A stretch of 64,000 nt of DNA from Patescibacteria group bacterium (lineage in GTDB: Bacteria; Patescibacteriota; Patescibacteriia; UBA9570; JAHJKD01), in NCBI GenBank assembly GCA_043798935.1, contig JAZDOC010000006.1, positions 24,996 through 88,995 of the forward strand. Direction: 5' to 3'. How positions within the stretch are numbered: the stretch's first letter is position 1; every line of letters begins with the position of its first letter. The translations under genes and the position numbers were made by a program. Shown piece by piece: positions 1-9,495 of this stretch. The notes beneath the pieces were generated by a model. The model saw nothing but the letters and a program-made list of their open reading frames with translations, had not been told where the DNA came from and searched no databases.

Positions 1-1
1 C

Positions 2-160
2 AGATCACTTCAATATCTGTCTTATGGCGCGCAAGCCGGAATTATATTTATCGTTTTTATAAGTTTATTTGCCAATCATTTTGAAATACGTTCAACTATG
101 ATTTTACTTTGGTTGTTGCCAGCATTAATTGCACGGTGGCGGTTAGCTCTTGATTCATAA
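2..160 (+). CDS. 3' end of an integral membrane protein, possibly O-antigen ligase/polymerase-like (truncated by window edge)
   Basis: My translation of frame +2: RSLQYLSYGAQAGIIFIVFISLFANHFEIRSTMILLWLLPALIARWRLALDS*, TAA at 158-160. Two hydrophobic segments. Not in the ORF track. Confidence 0.5.
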   Translation, partial: RSLQYLSYGAQAGIIFIVFISLFANHFEIRSTMILLWLLPALIARWRLALDS

Positions 161-1286
161 TTTCCGCCGTAAAATGATTTTCAGCATAAGCCCTGGATTT
201 TCGCGCCAGGTCTTTTTTTGTTGATTCATCTAAATTTATAAACCACAGCATTTTATCGGCAATGGCTTGTGGCGATGCACTATCCATTATCAATTCTTTA
301 TTTATCGGCGTTAGTATTTCCTTAGTAGCGCCTATCGGAGTTCCAATTACCGGTAGAGCGGAAAATAATGCTTCCAGCGTGGAAATACCCACACCTTCTA
401 AAGCTAATGTTGGCAGTACAAAACACGAAGCTGTTTGATAATGCTTTATTAATTGTTGATCACTTATAACACCCAAGAAGAATAAGCAATCTTGAATGTT
501 AAGTTTGGCGGCAAGATTATGGCATTCTTTTTCCAAGGGTCCGGAGCCGGTCAAAAAAACTTTAAAATTAATATTTTTATCTTTTAAAATTTTTGTGGCT
601 TTAATTAAGTTTAAAACACCGGTGCGAGGGCTTAAACGACGCGAAGTAAAAAAAATGTTTTTTGAATAATCACGGTTAAAATTAGCACTAAACATATCCT
701 TAGGAATACCCGGTGCCAGCGCTTGCAGTTTATTTTTTATTTCCGGATATTTTTCTGCCAGAATTTTTTTGGAAAAGTTGCTTAAATATAATATTTTATC
801 GCTGGTAAGGAGAGTTGTTTTTTCTTTTCGCGCCGTAAAAGCAGTAATTATTTTTTTAGACAGAAAATTATTTAAACATGGCTTAGTCAGGCCTTCAAAA
901 GAAATTTCCATGGGCCGTGAACTATGAAAAATATACAAGGCCGGAATTTTTATATTTTGTTCAAAGAAAATCGAACCGATTAAAGGATGATGAATAATTA
1001 CCAGATCAAATGTTTGTTTTTGTAGTAATTGTTTTAAATATTTTTTTGATTTAAATAAGATGGAATATAAAGTTGACCCCGGAAATGAAAAAGAACTGCC
1101 GGCGCGAATTATTTTTATATTTTGAAACCGCTCTTGCCGTTTTAAATTTTTTCGATAATAAGTGGAGAAAACCGTAATGTCGTATCCGTTTTTTTGCAGT
1201 GCCTGGGCTTGCCATAAAGCCAGTCTTTCGCTGCCGCCAAAAGTATCCGGGTACCATCTTTCAGTTAAAATAAGTATTTTTTTCAT
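96..1286 (-). CDS. Glycosyltransferase family 4 (GT-B)
   Basis: N-terminal KILILTERWYPDTFGGSE; C-terminal FVLPTLALEGVGISTLEA (Ex7E-type motif). Confidence 0.9.
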   Translation of the reverse strand: MKKILILTERWYPDTFGGSERLALWQAQALQKNGYDITVFSTYYRKNLKRQERFQNIKIIRAGSSFSFPGSTLYSILFKSKKYLKQLLQKQTFDLVIIHHPLIGSIFFEQNIKIPALYIFHSSRPMEISFEGLTKPCLNNFLSKKIITAFTARKEKTTLLTSDKILYLSNFSKKILAEKYPEIKNKLQALAPGIPKDMFSANFNRDYSKNIFFTSRRLSPRTGVLNLIKATKILKDKNINFKVFLTGSGPLEKECHNLAAKLNIQDCLFFLGVISDQQLIKHYQTASCFVLPTLALEGVGISTLEALFSALPVIGTPIGATKEILTPINKELIMDSASPQAIADKMLWFINLDESTKKDLARKSRAYAENHFTAEIMNQELTATVQLMLATTKVKS

Positions 1287-1348
1287 TTACAATTATTGGT
1301 TAGTATGTTTTAATTATCATATATTACTATAGCAGATTTACATTAAAA

Positions 1349-2239
1349 ATGGAATTAAAACAAAAGCAAAAATTAATAAAAAAACAATTTGAGCTAGAGA
1401 AAAATTACGCTCAACAAATTTTAAAATCCGAAAAAAATTCATTAGCTCGAAAAAATTTAATTGCTCGGGCATATTGCGATGTAACAAATATTATTTATCA
1501 ATATAACCCTCATCAGGCGTACAGTCGCTTCAACGAATTCACCACTGCTCTCGTTAAAAAAAATTTACCGATCAAAAAAAATGTTAGAGTACTCGACTTT
1601 GGTTGCGGTGATGGCGAGTTGGTTCTCTCGTTAAATAAAAATAATGTCGATGCTTATGGGTTTGATGTTTCCGAAAACAGCATTCGCGAAGCCCAAAAAA
1701 AATTAGCTGTTATTAATAAAGAAAAAAATGTTTTCCACGGTGATTTTAATCAAATTCAAGAAAATTTCGACTTAATCATTATGGATAATGTTATAGAGCA
1801 TTTAGTACCAGACGAGCTCCCGGCGATTATCAGTAAGTGCCATGAGTTATTAAACAACCAAGGAATATTACTAATAATTACACCGCATCCTTTTTCCGGC
1901 CCGCATGATATCAGTAATGAATTTTTACCTCTGGGTGCTAAAGCCCAAGGCCTGCATTTAAAAGAATATAAATTGGAGGAATTAAAAGATGTTTTAGAAC
2001 AGAATAATTTTAGCGCTCTTTACGGCTATGGCATGCATCCGCGGATTTTAAATAAATTAAATGTTATTTTTAAAGCAAGCACATTCGGCTTGAAAAAATC
2101 TTTATGGTTAGAGAATTTTTTCGGTAAAAACTTACGATTTATTTTTAACATCAACAGAAATTTATCTCGTCTGTTGAATGCTTTGCTGTTTCCTAATATA
2201 ATTATCGCAAAAAAACATGAAAATCTTACAAATAAATAA
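1349..2239 (+). CDS. Class I SAM-dependent methyltransferase
   Basis: Motif I VLDFGCGDG, acidic GFDVS, FDLIIMDNVIEHL, LLNNQGILLIITP. Confidence 0.88.
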   Translation: MELKQKQKLIKKQFELEKNYAQQILKSEKNSLARKNLIARAYCDVTNIIYQYNPHQAYSRFNEFTTALVKKNLPIKKNVRVLDFGCGDGELVLSLNKNNVDAYGFDVSENSIREAQKKLAVINKEKNVFHGDFNQIQENFDLIIMDNVIEHLVPDELPAIISKCHELLNNQGILLIITPHPFSGPHDISNEFLPLGAKAQGLHLKEYKLEELKDVLEQNNFSALYGYGMHPRILNKLNVIFKASTFGLKKSLWLENFFGKNLRFIFNINRNLSRLLNALLFPNIIIAKKHENLTNK

Positions 2240-3368
2240 ATTTTGGCATCCCAAAGGCGGCGCCGATACCATGGCCATTAATACTGCAAAATGGCTGGAG
2301 CAAGCCGGCCATGAAGTTGCCAGATTCGGTATGAAGAGCGAAAAGAATATTGATTCAAAATGGAATAAATATTTTATAGATGAAATAGATTTCGGATCGG
2401 CAGATTTTTCTTTATCTAAAGCCGCGCATTTTATTTATTCAACTCAAGCTAAGGAAAAACTCAAGCTACTATTAAAAGAATTCCAACCAGACGCAGTGCA
2501 TCTGCATAATTTTTATCATCATTTAACCACTTCTATTTTGCCCATATTAAAAAGCACCGGCGCAAAAATTATCATGACTTGTCATGACTACAAAATCATG
2601 TGCCCGAATTATAAAATGTTGTCGCATGGAGAAATTTGCGAGCAATGCAGATATCATAATTATTATAAAGCCGCGTTAAATAAATGCACGAAAAATTCTT
2701 TGCCCGCTAGCTTACTGCTCAGCACTGAGGCTTACTTTAATTGGCTGGGAGATAGATATAAAAAGAACATCGACTTATTAATTGCCCCGTCAAAATTCAT
2801 GCAGAAAAAAATAAAAGAATGGCAAGTCGGCATCGACAGCGAATTTTTATTGAATGCCATAGATATCAAACCGTTAGATCAGCCGGCTGTTAAAAAAGAT
2901 TATTTATTATATGTCGGCAGACTGAGCGAAGAAAAGGGGATTGATTTACTAGAAAAAGTTGCTCTGAAAATGCCCGAACAGAAATTTTATATTATCGGTG
3001 ATGGCCCTTATAAAATTAATAACAATATTTCCAACTTAAAATATTTAGGCAGAAAGAATCAAGAAGAAGTTCAGCAATATTTGGCTCAAGCTAAAGCATT
3101 GATCGTGCCGTCGAAATGGTATGAAGTAAACAGCTTGGTTATCCCTGAAGCGCATGCCCTGGGTACCTGGGTAATTGCCGCGAATACCGGTTCTATTGAT
3201 GTTATTAATGATGGCCAAAACGGATGGTTTTTTAAGATGAACAATGTTAATGATTTAATCTCTAAAATTAAATCATTAGAAATTCAAAAAACTAGCTTTC
3301 AGCCTTTTTTGCATATTACTGCTAACGAGTATATTAATAAATTATTAACTTTTTATCCAAGAAGATAA
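2217..3368 (+). CDS. Glycosyltransferase family 4
   Basis: MKILQINKFWHPKGGAD, HDYKIMCP, YVGRLSEEKG, VPSKWYE. Confidence 0.9.
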   Translation: MKILQINKFWHPKGGADTMAINTAKWLEQAGHEVARFGMKSEKNIDSKWNKYFIDEIDFGSADFSLSKAAHFIYSTQAKEKLKLLLKEFQPDAVHLHNFYHHLTTSILPILKSTGAKIIMTCHDYKIMCPNYKMLSHGEICEQCRYHNYYKAALNKCTKNSLPASLLLSTEAYFNWLGDRYKKNIDLLIAPSKFMQKKIKEWQVGIDSEFLLNAIDIKPLDQPAVKKDYLLYVGRLSEEKGIDLLEKVALKMPEQKFYIIGDGPYKINNNISNLKYLGRKNQEEVQQYLAQAKALIVPSKWYEVNSLVIPEAHALGTWVIAANTGSIDVINDGQNGWFFKMNNVNDLISKIKSLEIQKTSFQPFLHITANEYINKLLTFYPRR

Positions 3369-4259
3369 ATCACGATTTATTAATTTAGATAATTTTTCGA
3401 TATCTAGCTGATAATATTTTGTAAGTTGTTTTTTTGTTTCCGGATCCATAGGAATTTTTTTTAAGTTTTTGGCTTTAACCTGATCACGCATATTGTTCCA
3501 GCTTTTTTCCGGAATTATTTTTTTTAAAATTGATTTTAATTCATCTTTAAGCGGCGCCGGCTTATGCAATAAATTGTATAAAAATTTATTTTTTGGAATA
3601 CCGGAAACATTATGCCGGCGGGATATATCGGGAACGAAATTATCGTCGACTTGCAAAAATTGATAAATGTCTTTTATAATGTTTAACGGTTTTGTTCTGA
3701 GGTCGTCAAATAAATAAATTTTCACCTGTGAAAAATTATCTAAAAAATCTTTTACTTGTTTATAGTATAAACCGGCTTTTTTATATTGCCAGCCCCATTC
3801 CCAATTATTTTGCCGCCTTATTGTTTCTTGCTCTAAGCCCATATTAAATGGCAAATTTTCGCGGAAATCACGAATAAAATGCAAATATTGCGAATAAGCT
3901 CTTTCCACCGGGTTTCTAAGAATGATAATTATTTTAATGTCGCCTAATATTTTTTTAATTTTGGCCACGCTTTGATCGTGATAAAAAAGATAATCCGGGG
4001 ATGCTTCGCCGATAGCAATTTCATTTTTTACGCTACTGAATAATTTTTCGTATTCGCCAAGATTTCTAACGATAACATTATTAAGCGCCACATCATCGCC
4101 AGGCCCCTGATAGTTCTCGTTCATGTCAGAAAAAAATTTGCTTTCTTTGGTGTCGGGCATAAAAATTTGCGGATGCTGATGCAGGTAATCAGCCAGCGAA
4201 GTTGTACCGCATTTTGCTGCGCCGACTATTAAGAAATTTGGAAGATTTTTTTTGTTCAT
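3345..4259 (-). CDS. PAPS-dependent sulfotransferase
   Basis: 5'-PSB loop PNFLIVGAAKCGTTSL, GEASPDY, 3'-PB motif LRNPVERAYSQY. Confidence 0.92.
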   Translation of the reverse strand: MNKKNLPNFLIVGAAKCGTTSLADYLHQHPQIFMPDTKESKFFSDMNENYQGPGDDVALNNVIVRNLGEYEKLFSSVKNEIAIGEASPDYLFYHDQSVAKIKKILGDIKIIIILRNPVERAYSQYLHFIRDFRENLPFNMGLEQETIRRQNNWEWGWQYKKAGLYYKQVKDFLDNFSQVKIYLFDDLRTKPLNIIKDIYQFLQVDDNFVPDISRRHNVSGIPKNKFLYNLLHKPAPLKDELKSILKKIIPEKSWNNMRDQVKAKNLKKIPMDPETKKQLTKYYQLDIEKLSKLINRDLSSWIKS

Positions 4260-4260
4260 A

Positions 4261-5565
4261 TTACCTGGTTATAAAAGGAAAATAAAAAGCGTTAATATTA
4301 TTTTTTTGCTTAATCATTATTACCGACGCTATATTCCACAAAGCCATGCTGATAAAACTGGCAATAGCCGCGCCATTAATACCGTATAAGGGTATTAAAA
4401 ATAAATTTAAAATAATATTTAAAGCCATGGCAAGAATCACAATGTTGCGAAAAGCAGTTTCACTACCGGTCATTTTCATAAAAGATCCGGCCGTTCCACA
4501 AATCGCATTTAGAAATTGGGATAAAGCTAAAATAATAACAACGTTTCGACCGACTGTAAATTCAGGTCCAAATAAATTCATTAAAAATCCAGACATAATA
4601 ATTAATAACAACACCACCGGTAGCGAAAACCAAAAAATTATTTTAGCCGAAAAGTTAACAATATTTTCAAGTTCAGTTTGTTTTTTGGCCCAAAATAAAT
4701 GGGAAAATTTTGGCGCCACCACGGTGTTAAGAGCTATTAATATAAAACTGGTGGTGGCGGCTAATTTTATCGCTACGTTATAAATACCAATACTATCTGT
4801 GGAGGTAAAAATTCCCAGCATAAAAGTGTCGGTGTAGGTCATGAAAAAGAAAGCTAAGCCTGTAATCATCATGGCTGAAGAACTTTTAATAATTTGCCTT
4901 CTGGATTCAGAAATTTTTTCGGATTGAGTAAAATTTTTAAACTTGGCAAACAAGTAAAAACTGGAAATTAAAAAAGCAATGCTTAAAGAAATATCGTAAA
5001 TTACAACCGGTAAATTAATATCTTTATGACCAAGTGTTAAAATTAAAATTATGTTTATTATCGGAATTATGGAGCGGCGTAAAAATTCAGATAATTTAAT
5101 ATTGTTGAAGCCTCTGATTAATTCAACATTAATTAAAAATAAAACATAAAACGGAACTACCAAGCTAATAATTTTTAAACTCGCTGCCAAATCAGCGTCT
5201 TTAAATATTATTTCCGAAAGAGCATTTGAAAAGGTGTATAAAAGGATGCTTATAATAATTGAAATCGGAATTGATATTTGAAAAAAAATTTTATAGAGAT
5301 CTTTTATTTTATATAGCTTATTCTCGGATTGAAATTTACCGATATATTTTAGTGATGCGTTATTAAAACCAAAATTAGCCATCATGCCTAAAACAAATAA
5401 ACTGGCTGTAGCCAAGCTGTAAATACCGGTTCCACGAGCGCCATAATTGTGCGCAATTATATAAATAAATCCATAACCGGCTATCAGCCCAATAATAATC
5501 ATGATAAAAGCCGATAAGCTGTTTTTTAAAATGTTAGTATTGACAGAATCGTTATTTTTTGCCAT
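4261..5565 (-). CDS. Wzx-like polysaccharide flippase (MOP superfamily)
   Basis: Many TM helices, TDTFMLG, GIYNVAIKL, LIPLYGINGAAIAS. Start moved to ATG 5565 (MAKNN), which follows a TTGTAT-17-TATAAT promoter. Confidence 0.85.
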   Translation of the reverse strand: MAKNNDSVNTNILKNSLSAFIMIIIGLIAGYGFIYIIAHNYGARGTGIYSLATASLFVLGMMANFGFNNASLKYIGKFQSENKLYKIKDLYKIFFQISIPISIIISILLYTFSNALSEIIFKDADLAASLKIISLVVPFYVLFLINVELIRGFNNIKLSEFLRRSIIPIINIILILTLGHKDINLPVVIYDISLSIAFLISSFYLFAKFKNFTQSEKISESRRQIIKSSSAMMITGLAFFFMTYTDTFMLGIFTSTDSIGIYNVAIKLAATTSFILIALNTVVAPKFSHLFWAKKQTELENIVNFSAKIIFWFSLPVVLLLIIMSGFLMNLFGPEFTVGRNVVIILALSQFLNAICGTAGSFMKMTGSETAFRNIVILAMALNIILNLFLIPLYGINGAAIASFISMALWNIASVIMIKQKNNINAFYFPFITR

Positions 5566-5571
5566 ATTTGT

Positions 5572-5600
5572 ATTATAATGAATAAAATTAAAAAATACAA
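5572..5600 (-). promoter_or_regulatory. Sigma70-type promoter for the flippase gene (apparently leaderless)
   Basis: Minus strand TTGTAT (5600-5595), 17 nt, TATAAT (5577-5572), 6 nt, ATG 5565. Confidence 0.6.
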
Positions 5601-7602
5601 AAGATCTGTTTTCGTTCAAAACAGTTTTTTAATAACTGGGCTGTTTTTATTGTTTTTTCCGTTTACTCTAAAAGCGGCTAATATTCATGAATATCCTAAA
5701 TTGTCTCTGTATCACTTAAATTCGGTTTTCGATGAGGAACAAGCTAAGAAAATCGCTCAATTCGATTTAGTAATTCTTACTATGGAAGCTCAGGAATATA
5801 ATCCTCAGGGCATTAAATTATTACGACAATACAATCCAAACATCACTATTCTTCCGTATGTACCCAGCCAAGGAGTCCATTTTTCCGACGCCTCAAATAT
5901 CAGATATAAGTTAATCAAACAAGTCCAAGATAGCTGGTATTTATTAGACGGCGATGGCAATAGAATTTCCCGGTATAAGGGTGAATACGATATGAACATT
6001 ACAAAAAAAGCTTGGCGAAAAGCTTTGGTAAATTTTGTAAAAGATTTAAACACGGCTAAATGCAATGGCGTACGCTGTTGGGACGGTGTCTTTTTTGATG
6101 TGGTTGAAGATAATTTAGATTATTTAGGTGGCATTGATATTAATAATGATGGTGAGGCCGATGATAGTAAATATGTAAATGAAAAGTGGGTGGCAAGCTA
6201 TAAAAAAATATTCAAATCAACCCGAAAAAAATTAGGCAAAAACAAAGTAATTGTAATTAACGGAGTTTCGACAAAAAAACTGCAAGCCAATGTTAACGGC
6301 CGTATGTTTGAAAATTTTCCGACTCCATGGCACGCCGATGGCTCGTGGAAGGGGGTAACTGAAAATACAGTTGATCTGGAAGAATTGAATTATTCGCCGG
6401 TATCAATTATTTTTTCCGCCGAGGGTGATGAAAATGATTATCAAAAATTAAGGTATTCATTAACATCAGCCATGGTTTTTGGAGCTTATGGCGGTTATGA
6501 TAACGGCATTAGTAAAGTTCATAAAAGTGTCTGGCTTTACGATGAATATCAAACTAAATTAGGAAACGCACTAAATACCGGTTATAATTTGCTTGATATA
6601 AATAATACCAAAGTTAAACCCGGTGTTTGGCGGCGTGATTTTGAAAATGGGATAGCCATTGTGAATTCCACAAATATAGCACACAAAGTATTATTAGAGC
6701 AGGGTTTTGAAAAAATCAATGGAACTCAGGGAAATATAAACGATGGCAGTTTGGTTGGCAGTGTAACTATTAATGCCAACGACGGCATTGTTTTATTAGG
6801 CAGAATTCAAACAATTTCATACGCGCCATTTGTAAACGGCGCTCAGGCCAAGGTTTACAACATTAACGGCGTTTCTCAAAGAAAAACTTTTTTCCCCTAT
6901 GACTCTAAATATCCGGGTAGTGTGCAGATTGTGAAATTGCCGGATGTTAATAAAGCTGTAGTAGCTGAAGACACTTATGTAAGCGTTTACAAGAACAATA
7001 AATTAGTAGCTAAGTTTGCGCCTTATGGCGAAGCTTTTTCGGGCGGAGTAAATATTGCGGTTGATCGGTTATACAGCCGAGGCAATAAAGGGGATTATTT
7101 TATTGTTACTGGTACTGAAAAATATGGTCCTCATGTAAGAATATTTACAATTGATGGCAAATTACATGATCCGGGTTGCTTTCCTTATGCGGAAAATTTT
7201 CGCGGTGGAGTATTTGTAGCCATTGGCGACGTGGATAAAGGAAATGCGGGCAAAGAGATTGTGGTTTCAGCCGGCCTTGATGGCGGTCCGCATGTTCGAA
7301 TTCTCAATAATAAGTGCGAGTTAATTAGCCCTGGTTTCATGGCTTACGACACATCCCTCCGTACCGGAATCAATGTAGCTGTGGGCGACGTAAACGGCGA
7401 TGGCAAAAACGAAATTATTACGGGTACTGGTCCGGGCGCCGGTCCGGAAGTGCGGGTTTTTAATAAAAATGGTAAACTATTAAGTAGTTTTTTCGCTTTT
7501 AATAAAAGCGATCGAAACGGCGTCAGAGTCTCGACAGCTGATGTAAGCGGTAATTCAAGAAAAGAAATCATTGCCACCAGTTTCGCTATTTATGGATACT
7601 AA
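5578..7602 (+). CDS. Exported protein: putative glycoside-hydrolase-like domain plus C-terminal FG-GAP-like repeats
   Basis: Signal/TM segment at N-terminus, WDGVFFD, NGRMFENFP, GVWRRDFENG; repeats VAIGDVDKG..EIVV..G.DGGPHVRI and VAVGDVNGDGKNEIITG. Confidence 0.65.
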   Translation: MNKIKKYKRSVFVQNSFLITGLFLLFFPFTLKAANIHEYPKLSLYHLNSVFDEEQAKKIAQFDLVILTMEAQEYNPQGIKLLRQYNPNITILPYVPSQGVHFSDASNIRYKLIKQVQDSWYLLDGDGNRISRYKGEYDMNITKKAWRKALVNFVKDLNTAKCNGVRCWDGVFFDVVEDNLDYLGGIDINNDGEADDSKYVNEKWVASYKKIFKSTRKKLGKNKVIVINGVSTKKLQANVNGRMFENFPTPWHADGSWKGVTENTVDLEELNYSPVSIIFSAEGDENDYQKLRYSLTSAMVFGAYGGYDNGISKVHKSVWLYDEYQTKLGNALNTGYNLLDINNTKVKPGVWRRDFENGIAIVNSTNIAHKVLLEQGFEKINGTQGNINDGSLVGSVTINANDGIVLLGRIQTISYAPFVNGAQAKVYNINGVSQRKTFFPYDSKYPGSVQIVKLPDVNKAVVAEDTYVSVYKNNKLVAKFAPYGEAFSGGVNIAVDRLYSRGNKGDYFIVTGTEKYGPHVRIFTIDGKLHDPGCFPYAENFRGGVFVAIGDVDKGNAGKEIVVSAGLDGGPHVRILNNKCELISPGFMAYDTSLRTGINVAVGDVNGDGKNEIITGTGPGAGPEVRVFNKNGKLLSSFFAFNKSDRNGVRVSTADVSGNSRKEIIATSFAIYGY

Positions 7603-7603
7603 T

Positions 7604-9340
7604 ATGCATAAAAAAATTTGGCATCACACTAAAAGAATCGCGCATCATACGGCAAAAAAAACCGGTCATATTTTATTTCCGTGGATGGTTCATTTTCTAA
7701 CCGATAAATATCAAAACAAGCATCATCATGTTGTGGTTGATACAATTTTTTCGTTGTGCATTATTGTATTAATTGCTTTCAACATTGGTTTAGGATATTG
7801 GTTTTTTCTATTTACTACACCGGCGCAATTAAATATAAAACTCGATACGCCCACGTTTGTAATTTCCGGATCAGAGATAACCTATTACATCAACTATCAT
7901 AATGTCAGTAAAGACGTTGATAATGTAAATTTTACATTAATTGCACCTTCTACTTTTACTTATACTCATAGTAATTTAGAGAAAACCGAGAATTCATATT
8001 ATTTTGGAGAATTAGATAAATATAAATTTGGTGAAGCTGCTATCAGCGGAGAAATTATCGGACGAGTTAACGAATGGCAGAAAGTGTCGGTAATAATAAA
8101 TTATCGTTATCATGGGCAGGAGTTTTCACAAATTGTTTCGCATTCATACCAAATTTCAGATAGCTCTTTGGAAATTACTACCGAACTGCCGGAAAGCATC
8201 TTGAATAATCAAGAGTTTACCTGGTACATTCATTATAAAAATAATTCTAATTTTAACCGAGATAATATAAATTTTATTCTTGATTTACCCGATACATTAG
8301 CAATTACCAGCGCACCGGAACAATATAATAAAGATGATAAAAAAATTACATTAATAAATGTTGAACCCTGGGCGCAAGGGGATTTAGAATTTAAAGGTAT
8401 TTTTTCAAAAGCCGTGGGTGAAAGCGATACTTTTATTCGTGTTGTTAGCAGTTTCGATGTCTCAGACATTGTTTATGCGCAAACCAGTTATATGGAAACA
8501 GTAGAAGTTTTAACACCGCGAATGAGTATTAATTCCAGCGCAAAAACAGTAGCCGGCATCGGTGAAAAATTTTATTATCGAATTGATTGCAGTAATATTG
8601 GTGATGTCGAACTTACTAATGTAAAAGTTTCAGCATCAGTAGCCGTTAATCAAGAAGCGAATATCGGTTTATATGCTTCCAGTGGGAGTGTATATGAAAA
8701 TAGTGCAACGTGGATTATAGATTCGCTTTTGGCCGGGGAAACCAAATCTGTTTATCTAACAATTTCCACGCCTTATAATTTAAGAAAACAAGATTTGGCT
8801 ATTTCCATGAGTTCAAGCGCGCTGGCCAATATTAGCGATCTCAAAGTGTTAACTTATAGTAATCAAAGCACTGCTAACACAAAATTTAATTCCACTCTAG
8901 ATTTCGAAAATATCGCCAGATATTACGATAACAATGGCGAACAAATTGGCTACGGGCCATACCCGCTCGTAAACGGGGAAATTACAGCAGTTAGTATTTT
9001 TTGGAATCTTCGAGATTTTACCAATGATCTTCACAATGTAACCATTGTTACTACTTTACCATCGCAAGTAGAGTGGACTAACAATACCGCCGTGTCTTCT
9101 GGCGCAAACATTAGCTATAATCCGGCCACACGCGAGGTGATATGGCATACATCGTCTATTCCGGCTTTTGCTGGTCCACAAGGCGCAAATTTTGAGGTTA
9201 GAATACTGCCCAATAACCAGCAAATAGGAACTAGCGTGAACCTTACTAATTCTACCCGTTTTTCAGCTCAAGACGCTTATACTAATTCTATTATGATTCG
9301 CGATTTAGACGCTCTTAAAGCCGATGGTGTTGTTCAATAG
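7604..9340 (+). CDS. Membrane-anchored protein with His-rich N-terminus and repeated beta-sandwich (DUF11-like) domains
   Basis: One TM helix after HH-rich start; repeats such as EITYYINYHN, FTWYIHYKNNS, YYRIDCSNIGDVELTNVKV. Start ATG 7604 chosen over TTG 7571. Confidence 0.6.
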   Translation: MHKKIWHHTKRIAHHTAKKTGHILFPWMVHFLTDKYQNKHHHVVVDTIFSLCIIVLIAFNIGLGYWFFLFTTPAQLNIKLDTPTFVISGSEITYYINYHNVSKDVDNVNFTLIAPSTFTYTHSNLEKTENSYYFGELDKYKFGEAAISGEIIGRVNEWQKVSVIINYRYHGQEFSQIVSHSYQISDSSLEITTELPESILNNQEFTWYIHYKNNSNFNRDNINFILDLPDTLAITSAPEQYNKDDKKITLINVEPWAQGDLEFKGIFSKAVGESDTFIRVVSSFDVSDIVYAQTSYMETVEVLTPRMSINSSAKTVAGIGEKFYYRIDCSNIGDVELTNVKVSASVAVNQEANIGLYASSGSVYENSATWIIDSLLAGETKSVYLTISTPYNLRKQDLAISMSSSALANISDLKVLTYSNQSTANTKFNSTLDFENIARYYDNNGEQIGYGPYPLVNGEITAVSIFWNLRDFTNDLHNVTIVTTLPSQVEWTNNTAVSSGANISYNPATREVIWHTSSIPAFAGPQGANFEVRILPNNQQIGTSVNLTNSTRFSAQDAYTNSIMIRDLDALKADGVVQ

Positions 9341-9376
9341 AATTTAGCTAATTTTAGCCAAAAAAATAATATGAAG

Positions 9377-9402
9377 GCCCCCAATTAATTGGGGGTGTTT
9401 TT
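9377..9402 (+). terminator. Rho-independent terminator
   Basis: CCCCCAAT-TA-ATTGGGGG followed by TGTTTTT. Confidence 0.7.
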
Positions 9403-9426
9403 ATTGTTTTTATCCACACGAATCCC

Positions 9427-9455
9427 TTGACAAAGCAAAAAAAGCATGATAAGGT
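9427..9455 (+). promoter_or_regulatory. Sigma70-type promoter
   Basis: TTGACA (9427-9432), 17 nt, TGn-TAAGGT (9450-9455), upstream of ATG 9496. Confidence 0.5.
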
Positions 9456-9495
9456 ACGCGGTTAAATATTTATTAATCTATTTGCCAAACAGTAT

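Noticed and set aside
4346-4783. Antisense and nested ORFs in the track (e.g. 4346-4783, 17329-17706, 37395-37766, 49569-49883, 50160-50531, 55805-56158, 56926-57282, 59224-59607)
   Set aside because: They overlap better-supported genes and show no recognisable motifs.
9410-9418. Perfect DnaA box TTATCCACA (origin?)
   Set aside because: Single copy, with no box cluster or dnaA/dnaN nearby.
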